64,000 nt of DNA. Origin: a virus (lineage: Duplodnaviria; Caudoviricetes). The translations under genes and the position numbers were made by a program. The notes beneath the pieces were generated by a model, which was not told the origin of the DNA, ran no database searches, and worked only from the letters and a program-made list of their open reading frames with translations. This document shows, piece after piece, positions 1-9,327 of the stretch. Location: IMG/VR virus record IMGVR_UViG_3300010283_000005, positions 1-64,000 of that record. The stretch is one strand, 5' to 3'. How positions within the stretch are numbered: the first letter of the stretch is position 1; every line of letters begins with the position of its first letter.

Positions 1-8
1 ATTCAGTA

Positions 9-1004
9 ATGGATGATGCTATAGCTGAGTACGGTAATACATCGTCAATTACTATATATCGAGGATTGAACTTCGATACTAAGGAAGATTATGATAAGTT
101 CATGAAGCTCATCAAAGGTGGTACCTTACGTACTAAGGGTAGTACTTCATGGTCACCTGATAAGAAACAAGCTAAGATATTTGCAATCACTAAGCCTAGC
201 TACATAGAATTCATGGATTCAGCTAGAATGGCTACGATCAGTGCTCAGCGTAAAGCTAGTGAGCGTATCACTGGGTACAGAGGGATCATCCTCAAGACTA
301 GGATAGCTAAAGGTAAGGGAGTAGACTTACGCAGATTCAAGAATCATGCTGAGTCAGAAGTCCTGCTGCCTGCAGGTACTTATAAGATCACTTATGAAGA
401 AGTACTCAGCTATAAGGATACTATGAAGACTAGTAGTCCTGATGCTGAACTAGCTAAGCTGACTAGAAGCTCTTCAGCAGATGATAAGAAGATCATGGAC
501 TACATTCTCAAGAAATATAAGCCTGATCAATTATCAGATGATTCTAAGCATAAGATATTCCAGCTGACTACTCCGACCTTATCTAAGCTAGGTCATCGAG
601 TAGAAGTGCAGGATCCAGGTGACTTCACCTTTGAGAAGCATCGAGTAATATATGCTTATATGAATCAGTTCAATCTGAATATGCTCCCTTACTATCTTGA
701 TTCAGATATCAATAAATTAAGATCAGCATTCCGTAAAGAATACAGTAAGCTGATTAAGGAAGTATTCAGTAAGTGGATCACTGGTGCTGAGATCAAGTGG
801 CAGTTCTACGATCATAATGGATTAGCTAGATTCTGCGGAGTAGATGCTGAGCTGACTAAGGCTGAGAGAGCTACTATCGGAAAGGATTATCATAAGCAAG
901 ATCAGATAGTCAAGGACATCAATAAGATCAAAGATCCTAAGGCTAAGCAAGATGCTATAGATGCTGAGCTAGAACGAGTCAAGAAATTGATTGGTAGTAT
1001 CTAG
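9..1004 (+). CDS. ADP-ribosyltransferase-like protein (R-S-E clade); may begin upstream of the window
   Basis: IYRGL / STSWS / AESEVLLP match the R, STS and ExE motifs of VIP2/Alt/Mod-type ARTs; the frame is open to the window edge. Confidence 0.7.
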   Translation: MDDAIAEYGNTSSITIYRGLNFDTKEDYDKFMKLIKGGTLRTKGSTSWSPDKKQAKIFAITKPSYIEFMDSARMATISAQRKASERITGYRGIILKTRIAKGKGVDLRRFKNHAESEVLLPAGTYKITYEEVLSYKDTMKTSSPDAELAKLTRSSSADDKKIMDYILKKYKPDQLSDDSKHKIFQLTTPTLSKLGHRVEVQDPGDFTFEKHRVIYAYMNQFNLNMLPYYLDSDINKLRSAFRKEYSKLIKEVFSKWITGAEIKWQFYDHNGLARFCGVDAELTKAERATIGKDYHKQDQIVKDINKIKDPKAKQDAIDAELERVKKLIGSI

Positions 1005-1005
1005 C

Positions 1006-1035
1006 CGAGTAAATATAGTGTTACATACGTTTATA
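1006..1035 (+). promoter_or_regulatory. phage promoter, copy 1 of 14 (RGAGYWAAT-N13-CGTTTATA)
   Basis: CGAGTAAAT-N13-CGTTTATA, intergenic, followed by a 5' hairpin and an SD. Confidence 0.75.
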
Positions 1036-1094
1036 GTAATGTGAGGGTTGAATCCCTCCGATTGTTGATAGAATCTAGACTGGAGGTAATTACA

Positions 1095-1370
1095 ATGGAA
1101 GAAATGAGAACTGAGTACAGAATCGTAGGTAGATTTCGTAAGGATACTAAGAAACATGTAGTCGACTGGGATCGTAAGTGGTCTCATGCTGATGCACTTC
1201 AGCGATTAGCTCAGCTCAAGGAGCAGTCAGCTCGTGAAATGAATGCTAAGAAACGAGATACGGAGTACGTAGGCAGCATCGGAATCGGTACTGAATACTA
1301 CAGTGAGTACGACTTGCTTGACCTTGAGATTCAGTCACGTCAGGTGACTAAGTGGTCTAAGGAGGATTGA
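1095..1370 (+). CDS. hypothetical protein, paralog of 8548-8820
   Basis: GGAGG before ATG 1095; EYRIVGRFR...DLLDLEIQSRQVTKW vs EYRVTARYR...DLVDIQLESREISDW. Confidence 0.65.
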   Translation: MEEMRTEYRIVGRFRKDTKKHVVDWDRKWSHADALQRLAQLKEQSAREMNAKKRDTEYVGSIGIGTEYYSEYDLLDLEIQSRQVTKWSKED

Positions 1371-1374
1371 CTCC

Positions 1375-1533
1375 ATGGAAATCAAATGCGATATCTGCAA
1401 GATAGAGGATGCTAAGTATGATGCTAAGCATATAACCTATGGATGCTGGGGATACATGTGTCCTAAATGCTATCAAACTTATGGATCCAAAATCAAGGGA
1501 TTATATACTGTACTTAAGGATAATAGAGACTGA
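1375..1533 (+). CDS. small zinc-ribbon protein (52 aa, not in ORF track)
   Basis: GGAGG SD; MEIKCDIC...MCPKC, two CxxC pairs. Confidence 0.6.
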   Translation: MEIKCDICKIEDAKYDAKHITYGCWGYMCPKCYQTYGSKIKGLYTVLKDNRD

Positions 1534-1599
1534 CTTATAGGATCTAGACAGGTAGGTGCAATTCAAGGCATCATCAGAGTTCCTAGTAGGTGATGTAGA

Positions 1600-1755
1600 A
1601 TGGCTAGCCAAGATACAGATAGCAAGTCAGATGAATCACAATTAATAATTAAGAAGCCTGATGGGGCTGAAGTTATTGTCAGCAGTAGCTGCAGTCCTGT
1701 CATTTCAGGATTAGAATTCACATGTACTTATAAAGGTAGATTGAAGGAGGATTGA
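1600..1755 (+). CDS. small hypothetical protein (51 aa, not in ORF track)
   Basis: AGGTGA SD; initiation region identical to that of ORF 1780. Confidence 0.4.
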   Translation: MASQDTDSKSDESQLIIKKPDGAEVIVSSSCSPVISGLEFTCTYKGRLKED

Positions 1756-1779
1756 TGATTCTTAAGGAGGTGATGTAGA

Positions 1780-2061
1780 ATGGCTATGGATCTACTTACT
1801 ACAATTGATATAGTAAAGTACTTCAGTGACTTGTTCGAGTCATCTCATGAGAGCATAAGGATTGATGATATATCCACTGATCCTCAGATACCTGATCAAG
1901 AAGTTCATATTACTATACATAAAGCTAGAAGATTACGTAAGCTTGATGATTGTGATCTAAAATTCATTGCTGAGCATAAGCTAGCTGCAGTGAAACTCGT
2001 AGTCATACGCAAGATCAGAATCTTCAAGTTCGAATTCAAATTATGGCAGCAGGAGTTATAA
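1780..2061 (+). CDS. hypothetical protein
   Basis: ORF with AAGGAGGTGA SD. Confidence 0.55.
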   Translation: MAMDLLTTIDIVKYFSDLFESSHESIRIDDISTDPQIPDQEVHITIHKARRLRKLDDCDLKFIAEHKLAAVKLVVIRKIRIFKFEFKLWQQEL

Positions 2062-2079
2062 TGCTGCGGAAAGGAGATC

Positions 2080-2973
2080 ATGATGATCAAACCAGTTAAC
2101 TCAACTGCAGTCAATGAGTCTATGGAAGATGCGAATGGTATGACTAACGTAGAAACTACTCCTGCTGCAGAAGATAATAAGCCTGAGTTCACTTACAGTG
2201 ATCCTAAGTATCTTCAGGTATTAAAGGTACTTGATGAACTAGGATTCACTGGTAGTAAATTCTTAGGAGCTCAGGGCTACTATGTTCCATCAGATGATCA
2301 GTACGTTCGACTCGTATGTACTGACCCTGATGATGGATTCAAACTTAATATCTGCGGAGGTATCTACTCGATAGGTCCTGCTGCAGAGATGATCGGTAAG
2401 CTCAATGCTTATACTCCAATGCTCGATCGACTCAACTTCGTACTCTCTGGAGCTACTGATGCTGATACTAAGGATCGACATATCAACGAGTCTATCATTC
2501 AGATGGGTGATGCTGACTTCGGTAAGGCAGGTAGCTACATCCTGTATCGTAACGGAGTAGATCAGACTCAGCGTGGACTGATCTCATTTGCAGATCACTT
2601 CCAGGGAGCTGAGTGCTACAAGAATCCTGAGAATCCACTTCCTACTAAGAAGTACTTAGTGACTCTCAGCAATCCGTTCACAGTATCAGCTCAGAACTCA
2701 TATGAAGCAATGAAGTCAGCTTATCAATCCTTGACTGGTAAGGAGATCTCGATTGATCCTGAGCAGACTAAAGTCAATGATGCTTGGAGAGATATCGATA
2801 AAGAGATGGCTGGAGCATTAGCTGATCAAGGCTATGATGCTCTGATCTACAAGGTACCTAGTTGCAATGAAGTACTTGTGGTAGGTACTGATCTAACTAA
2901 GGTCCCGTCCATCTCTGAATATACTGAGTCCACTAGAAACATTGTGGATCAGAAGTCGAGGGAGCATGAATAA
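2080..2973 (+). CDS. putative internal head protein with C-terminal ART-PolyVal-like domain
   Basis: VNES/INES motifs; C-terminal LYRNG..SFAD..A..Y..YLVTLSNPF..GYDALIY..EVLVV pattern typical of polyvalent-protein ARTs. Confidence 0.5.
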   Translation: MMIKPVNSTAVNESMEDANGMTNVETTPAAEDNKPEFTYSDPKYLQVLKVLDELGFTGSKFLGAQGYYVPSDDQYVRLVCTDPDDGFKLNICGGIYSIGPAAEMIGKLNAYTPMLDRLNFVLSGATDADTKDRHINESIIQMGDADFGKAGSYILYRNGVDQTQRGLISFADHFQGAECYKNPENPLPTKKYLVTLSNPFTVSAQNSYEAMKSAYQSLTGKEISIDPEQTKVNDAWRDIDKEMAGALADQGYDALIYKVPSCNEVLVVGTDLTKVPSISEYTESTRNIVDQKSREHE

Positions 2974-3427
2974 ACGCAAGTCAGTTACTCACCGTATAAT
3001 CGAGTACTTCTATCTTCAGATACCTGGCAATCTAGCTCACTACGATCAGACATTCCATGTTCATAATCGTAACTACTTCTCAGGAGTAATCCGTAAGAAG
3101 TACCATAAAGCTAGTTGCAAGGTTATCTTTGTAGATATCGATAATCTGAAGATAATCAACGACACTAAAGGTCATAACTACGGTAATGCTTTAATCAAGG
3201 TCATTATTGATTCACTTAAGTCTCTACCTGATGTACTAGAAGTAGTACGTTATGGTGGAGATGAGATTATTGTCATTGCAGATACTGATTTCAATGATGA
3301 TCTATTGAGTATGATCCATAATATATCTTATGGAGTTTATCATAAGAATGCTACTGAAAGTATAGACTCAGCTATCATGCATGCTGATAGACTTATGTAT
3401 CAAATGAAATCTACTCACAAAGGGTGA
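2966..3427 (+). CDS. stand-alone GGDEF-domain protein (putative diguanylate cyclase)
   Basis: FVDIDNLKIINDTKGH..G and VRYGGDEI motifs; ADRLMYQMK C-terminal helix. Confidence 0.85.
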   Translation: MNKRKSVTHRIIEYFYLQIPGNLAHYDQTFHVHNRNYFSGVIRKKYHKASCKVIFVDIDNLKIINDTKGHNYGNALIKVIIDSLKSLPDVLEVVRYGGDEIIVIADTDFNDDLLSMIHNISYGVYHKNATESIDSAIMHADRLMYQMKSTHKG

Positions 3428-3494
3428 AATTACCCTCCTTAATATATTATAATAAAGTAATAATTAATAATTAAATAACTATTTATAATTATTA
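3417..3494 (+). repeat. 26-bp conserved box plus AT-rich tract, copy 1 of 3 (origin-like)
   Basis: ACAAAGGGTGAAATTACCCTCCTTAA followed by an almost pure A/T tract. Confidence 0.65.
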
Positions 3495-3517
3495 CTGAAG
3501 AAAGCAGGTGAGGATAT

Positions 3518-3838
3518 ATGCCTAGTATCATAGGATATGCTAACTTAGCTAGGAGTAGTAAAGTGAATAGAGCTTACATATCTACTCCAGAATACAATAG
3601 ACTAAGGCATTTACTGGAAGATAATGCTGAAGAACCTATCAGTAAGATTGCTGATGCAGTTATGATTGAGTTCGATAAGCTAATCAAGAAGACTACTTTC
3701 AGTGAGTCATTAGAACTTATCACTAATGCTATCATCTCCACTGCACCTGATACTAAGTGGTCAGCTGATCTCAGTAAGGAGATATATGATAGATTACTTA
3801 AGTCAATTGAGATACTTAAAACTCCAATCAGGAGCTAG
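3518..3838 (+). CDS. hypothetical protein
   Basis: ORF with GAGG SD. Confidence 0.55.
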   Translation: MPSIIGYANLARSSKVNRAYISTPEYNRLRHLLEDNAEEPISKIADAVMIEFDKLIKKTTFSESLELITNAIISTAPDTKWSADLSKEIYDRLLKSIEILKTPIRS

Positions 3839-3860
3839 AAGATTCTTACATACGTTTATA
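3831..3860 (+). promoter_or_regulatory. phage promoter copy
   Basis: GGAGCTAGA-N13-CGTTTATA. Confidence 0.7.
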
Positions 3861-3886
3861 CTGTAAGGAAAGGAGGTAAGTAATCA

Positions 3887-4513
3887 ATGGCTATAGAAGA
3901 TAATGTAGTGAATAAGCTGCATGAGAATCCTACCAATGAGTACGCTAGTTATAAACCTAATCAGCTACTGGCTAATTCGATTGGTAACTACATAACTGGA
4001 ATGGGATTCTTATACGATGGATATATCTCTGAGCCTAACTCAGATGAGCTAGGAATTCCAGTCAAGCTTGATATCGAGCTGAATGGCGATGACGTTGACG
4101 TGACTATGTCCGATAATGTCATGTACTGCTATGTCAACTCTGATAAGCTGGATCTGATGATCAAGTCTGGACCTGAGCTCTATGATCTAGATAACTTCGG
4201 AGATATCATAAAGAATCATCACTTCGTACCTGTCCATAACAAAGCATGGCGTGATGCTACGAAGCTGTACTTACTGAAGATCAATCTGAATACTGGAATC
4301 ATAGGTCGGTATGATGTCAGAACTGGTCGATTCAAGAATCAGGACATCAACTGGAACTCATCTACACCTGAGGAAGTAGCTAGTCTCCTGCTGCCTAAGG
4401 AGTACTTAGATGAGTATCTGCGTTCTGAGCTGTGTAGCCTAGAGAGCTACGTAAGCTTTGCTAGTGCAGCTGACCTTAAAGCTAAGGTAGAAAATGAGAC
4501 TATCAAAAATTAA
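3887..4513 (+). CDS. hypothetical protein
   Basis: ORF with AGGAGG SD. Confidence 0.6.
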   Translation: MAIEDNVVNKLHENPTNEYASYKPNQLLANSIGNYITGMGFLYDGYISEPNSDELGIPVKLDIELNGDDVDVTMSDNVMYCYVNSDKLDLMIKSGPELYDLDNFGDIIKNHHFVPVHNKAWRDATKLYLLKINLNTGIIGRYDVRTGRFKNQDINWNSSTPEEVASLLLPKEYLDEYLRSELCSLESYVSFASAADLKAKVENETIKN

Positions 4514-4529
4514 ATGGAGGTAATGAATT

Positions 4530-4826
4530 ATGGCAATCAATAATGCAAACCATGAGGGTAATCCTCAGGATGGTTACAATAAGATTCAGAATGGTAACTA
4601 TCCTTATCAGCAGATGGTTGATGAGTCCGAGTACGTGCTTACTCAGCAGGAGGATGTTACTTACAAGGTGACCAAGAAGCCTAAGGATGCTACTATCACT
4701 AAGGTTACTGATCTGCAGGACTTCCTCAAGGATCAGAATAAGGTACTTGTAGTCTATGCTTCAGGTCGCTATGATCGATACAATTTCGATCCGGAGGGTA
4801 CTTCTGAAACTGAGTCTGGCAAGTAA
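4530..4826 (+). CDS. hypothetical protein sharing a domain with the N-terminus of 6534-7310
   Basis: YKVTK..TD..VLVVYASGRYDRYNF vs YKITK..TD..VLFLRYAGGFTRWNY. Confidence 0.6.
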   Translation: MAINNANHEGNPQDGYNKIQNGNYPYQQMVDESEYVLTQQEDVTYKVTKKPKDATITKVTDLQDFLKDQNKVLVVYASGRYDRYNFDPEGTSETESGK

Positions 4827-4842
4827 GTAGGAGGTATCTAAG

Positions 4843-6183
4843 TTGATCACAGTATGTAATTCGAATCAAGCTATGGATAACTTCAAGGCAGTACTTGAGT
4901 CTGCTTATGAAGATTATTATCCTAATGGATTATCGAATGACTTAGCTGCTATCACACTGAGTAAGTTGGAGGAGCATGCTCAATTCAATATCAATGAAAT
5001 GATTGAGTTAGCATGCTCCCTTCCTCAGATACTTAATGAGGATGCAACTAATGTCACTAATCCACATATCGTACAGGAGAAGAAAGGTAAGGGTATCTCA
5101 GTCACTATCAATGGTAAAGAGTATCGTTACGTATCTCCTGATCGTTCCACTGAGGATCTATTCCATTCATTCATGGGGATGTATAAGCATGCTAATGCTG
5201 GATACAAGGCTCTGAACTACTTGAAGAAGAATGCTCTATGCTACTATGGTGCGAAGAATCCTAAGGGTAAGGAGCTAGTCGAGTCCTTCAATCAAGGTAA
5301 GACGATGATCAAGTGGAGTCCTGCTGCCACTACTGAGCAGACTACTGAGCGTATCAATGATGGTAAGCTAAATGAATCTAACTTCTACGAAGATGGTTCT
5401 TATGTAGCTGCTGATGTGAATGACTATCAGCGAGTATGCAGTATCCTCAGTGCTGAGGGGATTCCATTCCACTTATGTGAATCCACTAATCACATCACTG
5501 ATGAACCTAGTAAATTCCAGCCTAATGCTAAGAAGTACTTAATGGGAGAGACTACTCAGCCTTCTGCCATTCCCCCTTCTAATGCAGAGGTAGGAGTTAC
5601 TGAGAAACCTAAGAAGAAATGGACTGATTCAATCCTTCAGGAAGCTATGTCAGGTAATTCAGTCATCAGAACTGATAAGACTGGAATGAGCTACTATGAT
5701 GACTTTCTCAATCCGAAGGATCATGACTACAAGAAGTTAGCTAAGGGACTCAAAGGTGAGATCAAGATGATGTCTCCTGACGAGTACATTGATGCTCTAG
5801 GTAAGGATATCTTCCACTGCTCACGTGAGAGAGTACTTCGAGGAGTCGAATGGAATAATGTCAAGGAGTATGCTGCTAAGATGGCAGCAGGGACTAAGTT
5901 CAATATTCCTATTCTCGACCTAGCTAATGAAACTCAGGAAGGTAGACATCGAGCACTAGCAGCAGCTGAGCTCGGAGTCAAGCAGATTCCTATCCTGGTA
6001 GTCACTAAGTACGATCCCTATAAGGAACTGAAGATGCCTAAGTCATTCCATTTATGGTATGGGCATACACTTCAGTATACTAAGAAGGATGGTACTCCGA
6101 TGGAAGTTCATGTAGGACTCGATGAAGCTGCTATGAAAGCTAAGGTAGCTGAAATTGTCAAGTCTGGAGATTACAAGAAGTAA
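4843..6183 (+). CDS. putative multidomain internal head protein with C-terminal ParB/Srx-like domain
   Basis: QEGRHRALAA ParB-type motif; repeated VLES/LNED/LVES/LNES/LCES/LQEA motifs. Confidence 0.55.
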   Translation: MITVCNSNQAMDNFKAVLESAYEDYYPNGLSNDLAAITLSKLEEHAQFNINEMIELACSLPQILNEDATNVTNPHIVQEKKGKGISVTINGKEYRYVSPDRSTEDLFHSFMGMYKHANAGYKALNYLKKNALCYYGAKNPKGKELVESFNQGKTMIKWSPAATTEQTTERINDGKLNESNFYEDGSYVAADVNDYQRVCSILSAEGIPFHLCESTNHITDEPSKFQPNAKKYLMGETTQPSAIPPSNAEVGVTEKPKKKWTDSILQEAMSGNSVIRTDKTGMSYYDDFLNPKDHDYKKLAKGLKGEIKMMSPDEYIDALGKDIFHCSRERVLRGVEWNNVKEYAAKMAAGTKFNIPILDLANETQEGRHRALAAAELGVKQIPILVVTKYDPYKELKMPKSFHLWYGHTLQYTKKDGTPMEVHVGLDEAAMKAKVAEIVKSGDYKK

Positions 6184-6195
6184 AGGAGAACTAAG

Positions 6196-6528
6196 ATGAT
6201 CAATTCAGGATACTCTTCTATGAAGGAGTCAATGAACCTTGATGGTCAGTCAGGGTTCTTCATTACATTCGTCTATCAAGGTGATGAGTTATCTGACTAC
6301 AGATCTACTGCGATTGTGATTGCAGATTCTGAGTCAGAAGCTATCAAGATTGCTAAGAAGTACATTCCTAGTAAGTATGAGAATGCAAGTCACTTCGAGA
6401 TTGATCACAATCAGAATAACAATCTGGGTGGTAAATCTGGAGAAGTACCTTGCATTGGTACTTATCTGAAGAAGTATCCTCATAGCAATCTGTCAATCTT
6501 AAATTCTAAAGGTTATGTAAGGAGGTAA
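6196..6528 (+). CDS. hypothetical protein with short leader ending MKES (candidate internal protein)
   Basis: AAGGAG SD; N-terminus MINSGYSSMKES. Confidence 0.55.
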   Translation: MINSGYSSMKESMNLDGQSGFFITFVYQGDELSDYRSTAIVIADSESEAIKIAKKYIPSKYENASHFEIDHNQNNNLGGKSGEVPCIGTYLKKYPHSNLSILNSKGYVRR

Positions 6529-6533
6529 GAATA

Positions 6534-7310
6534 ATGTCTTACACAGATGTTTATCGTGCAGACGATCACAAGGAGAACCTTGATGCAGTCAGCATGTACA
6601 AGATGAGAGAAGCAGCTGATGTAGTGATCGAAGAAGATGATCAGGGATTCTATAAGATCACTAAGCCTACTGATGGCTACAATGGTTATAAGTATACCGA
6701 TTCTCCTGCATTATTTGCTCAGAATAATCCTCAGGCTTCAGTTCTGTTCCTGCGTTATGCTGGTGGATTCACTCGCTGGAATTACACAGGTCAGACTACT
6801 AGAGTATCTAAGGTTATGGCTACTGCAGGTAAGGGTAGCACTATTGTAATTGGCGACGCCTTCTACACTCGTGATACTAATACCTTCGAGATCAATGTCT
6901 CAGGTGCAGGAGCAGTAGCTGGTGAAGTTAATGCTGATCTATTCGGCAAGGTCACTAAGTATGCTGAGCTGACTATTCCTGGTATGATTCCAGTCGGCAA
7001 GTCCGTGATCACTCAGATCAATCCTGCATTAGCAGAGTTTGCTGATGATCAGAATGTCTCAGTCACTGCTGATGGCTATACTAAGAAGAAGGAGTACACC
7101 ATCGAGACTAAGGCTGATGATTATGCATTCCTGATCCCTGGAGTGCCTACTGACATTATCCTCAAGGTCGCTCAGGATGGAGTGACTACGAAGTATGTGA
7201 TCCACTCGGATGTGACTTATGCTCCAGTGAAATCAGAATCTGATGCAGCAGGAGCTAACTCTCAGAAACTTGCTGACTTAGGCATGGAGGATAAAGTCCT
7301 CACTCCGTAA
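6534..7310 (+). CDS. hypothetical, possibly virion-associated beta-rich protein
   Basis: AGGAGG SD; Thr/Ala/Gly/Val-rich. Confidence 0.55.
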   Translation: MSYTDVYRADDHKENLDAVSMYKMREAADVVIEEDDQGFYKITKPTDGYNGYKYTDSPALFAQNNPQASVLFLRYAGGFTRWNYTGQTTRVSKVMATAGKGSTIVIGDAFYTRDTNTFEINVSGAGAVAGEVNADLFGKVTKYAELTIPGMIPVGKSVITQINPALAEFADDQNVSVTADGYTKKKEYTIETKADDYAFLIPGVPTDIILKVAQDGVTTKYVIHSDVTYAPVKSESDAAGANSQKLADLGMEDKVLTP

Positions 7311-7439
7311 GGTAGGGTGATCATATGAAGTACTTATTGATTATACTAGGTATCCTAGCTGTAGTAGCATTTGCGATGATGGCAATCGGAATGGCTACTG
7401 CGCCATTGATGCCTGATGACTATGAGGAGGATTTGACTA

Positions 7440-7628
7440 ATGTCGTCAATACTAAAAAGAATGATGAATAAGAAACCACAGAATAATTTCACGAACTGCA
7501 AGCTAGGCAATGCCCATCAGCTTGTATATTGCAAGGGATTTGGATACCGATGCAAGATCTGTGGTAAAGTGAAGACTGACTGCACTGGTAGGATGATTAC
7601 TGTCCTTACTAAGGAGCAGTCAGAGTAA
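7440..7628 (+). CDS. small Cys-rich protein
   Basis: GGAGG SD; CKICG and other Cys residues. Confidence 0.5.
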   Translation: MSSILKRMMNKKPQNNFTNCKLGNAHQLVYCKGFGYRCKICGKVKTDCTGRMITVLTKEQSE

Positions 7629-7652
7629 ATCAATAAGAGGAGATGAATTAGT

Positions 7653-7994
7653 ATGATTATTGCAGATAAGATGAATGAATCTAGAAATCTGAATGAAGCT
7701 CTGAAGCCTTCTAAGATAGGCTGGTACGGAAACTCCAATCCGAAGCTGCCAGATGGATCACCTGAATTATCAGGTGAGAATAAGGCAATTAGTGTAAGTG
7801 TAATCGCTGAGGAGGGTCAGTACGGAGTAGTAGCTCTCATGGGAGATGAAGGAGAGGATTTGATTCAGACTGTCAAGAGGGATAAAGTTTCAGCTACTCA
7901 GCTAGCTGAGAAGCTCCTGAAGGAAGTCACTGATCCTATGTATGATGCTAAGAAGGTAGCTAAGAAGTATAAAATGGATTACTTCAAGCAGTAA
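7653..7994 (+). CDS. hypothetical protein with MNES/LNEA leader (candidate internal protein)
   Basis: MIIADKMNESRNLNEA. Confidence 0.55.
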   Translation: MIIADKMNESRNLNEALKPSKIGWYGNSNPKLPDGSPELSGENKAISVSVIAEEGQYGVVALMGDEGEDLIQTVKRDKVSATQLAEKLLKEVTDPMYDAKKVAKKYKMDYFKQ

Positions 7995-8008
7995 GCTAAA
8001 ACTCAATA

Positions 8009-8039
8009 AGAGCGAATCAACCATACATAGCCGTTTATA
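8009..8039 (+). promoter_or_regulatory. phage promoter copy (14-nt spacer)
   Basis: AGAGCGAAT-N14-CGTTTATA. Confidence 0.6.
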
Positions 8040-8074
8040 GTTGTGTAGGGTTTTCGTTTATTGGAGGTGAGAAT

Positions 8075-8527
8075 ATGATACTGAATGGATACCAAGGTAT
8101 CTCAGAAGCTCAAGTAGCTATTACTAGCATCAGGCAAGGAGAATCATTCAAGGATGTCACTGATGGTAGTATCTATCAGCTACTTAGCATTACACATGAT
8201 GGTAGAAGTTATGTAGTTCAAGTCAGGGATTATGCTGATGGAGAAGTCACTGAGTTGCATTATGATGGATATGATAAATTCATCAGAGTAGCTGATCCTC
8301 CTCAGATGCCTGCTGCCAGGACTACTCATAGAAAGAATCTGGAGTTATTCTGCAGATATACTAAACTGAAATTGAATCCTATCTATAATTCAGATACTTA
8401 TCGAGAGGTAAGTGGAGCTAGTTATAAGGAAGTTACTGCTAAGATCAAATCCTACAATAAGAAGTTCAATCAGCAGGCAGTAGCTACTTATAATCGAGAT
8501 CAGGATTCAATAATTATTAGATTATAG
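8075..8527 (+). CDS. hypothetical protein with short leader ending ISEA
   Basis: GGAGGTGA SD; MILNGYQGISEA resembles the leader of 6196. Confidence 0.55.
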   Translation: MILNGYQGISEAQVAITSIRQGESFKDVTDGSIYQLLSITHDGRSYVVQVRDYADGEVTELHYDGYDKFIRVADPPQMPAARTTHRKNLELFCRYTKLKLNPIYNSDTYREVSGASYKEVTAKIKSYNKKFNQQAVATYNRDQDSIIIRL

Positions 8528-8547
8528 TACTAGGGAGAACATTACTT

Positions 8548-8820
8548 ATGAAAGAATACAGAGTCACTGCAAGGTACCGCTATGATAAGGATCGCCATGA
8601 AGTCGCTAATACTAGACGCACTGACTATGAGAAAGCAGTAGCTAGGTATAAGAGAGTGATTTATGAGAATAATAAGAGAATGAAAATGCAGAGAAGTGGA
8701 CTTAATGATTATGATGTCTACAAGTCGATGAGAACTTATCATCCTGAATTAGATCTAGTAGATATTCAGCTAGAATCTAGGGAGATCTCAGACTGGGAGA
8801 TCAATCTTACTGATAACTAA
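8548..8820 (+). CDS. hypothetical protein, paralog of 1095-1370
   Basis: shared N- and C-terminal motifs. Confidence 0.6.
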   Translation: MKEYRVTARYRYDKDRHEVANTRRTDYEKAVARYKRVIYENNKRMKMQRSGLNDYDVYKSMRTYHPELDLVDIQLESREISDWEINLTDN

Positions 8821-8836
8821 GGAAGGAGGACTCAGC

Positions 8837-9313
8837 TTGAATGTATTCGTATTAGACGAGGATATGATAAAATCTGCAATGTACACTTGCGATAAGCACG
8901 TAGTGAAGATGATCACTGAACATGTGCAATTATTATCTTCAGCTTACTACTATACAGGTCAGGCTGAGTTAGCTCCTTATAAATTATCCCATCAGAATCA
9001 TCCCATAGCGAAATGGGTCAGAGAATCTAGAGATAACTGGACATGGCTGAGAATCTACAACTTAGTGCTCTATGGAGAGTACAAATTCAGGTATTACAAT
9101 CGAACACATCGTGCAGGAGAATATGCTAGATGCATGAAGACTCCTAAGCTACCTAAGCTAGGAATGACTAAGATGGCACTAGCAATGCCTGATGAATATA
9201 AAGTTGATTCAGTAGTTCAGTCGTATAGGAATTACTATATAGGAGCTAAGCTTCCTATCATACATTATACTAGGAGGGAGATACCTTACTGGCTTACAGA
9301 TTATCTGAAATAA
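8837..9313 (+). CDS. pyrimidine dimer DNA glycosylase / endonuclease V-like protein
   Basis: MNVFVLD..A...CDKHVVKM.TE..QLLS, HQNHP..KW and YRNYY family motifs. Confidence 0.8.
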   Translation: MNVFVLDEDMIKSAMYTCDKHVVKMITEHVQLLSSAYYYTGQAELAPYKLSHQNHPIAKWVRESRDNWTWLRIYNLVLYGEYKFRYYNRTHRAGEYARCMKTPKLPKLGMTKMALAMPDEYKVDSVVQSYRNYYIGAKLPIIHYTRREIPYWLTDYLK

Positions 9314-9327
9314 TAGGAGATGATATT

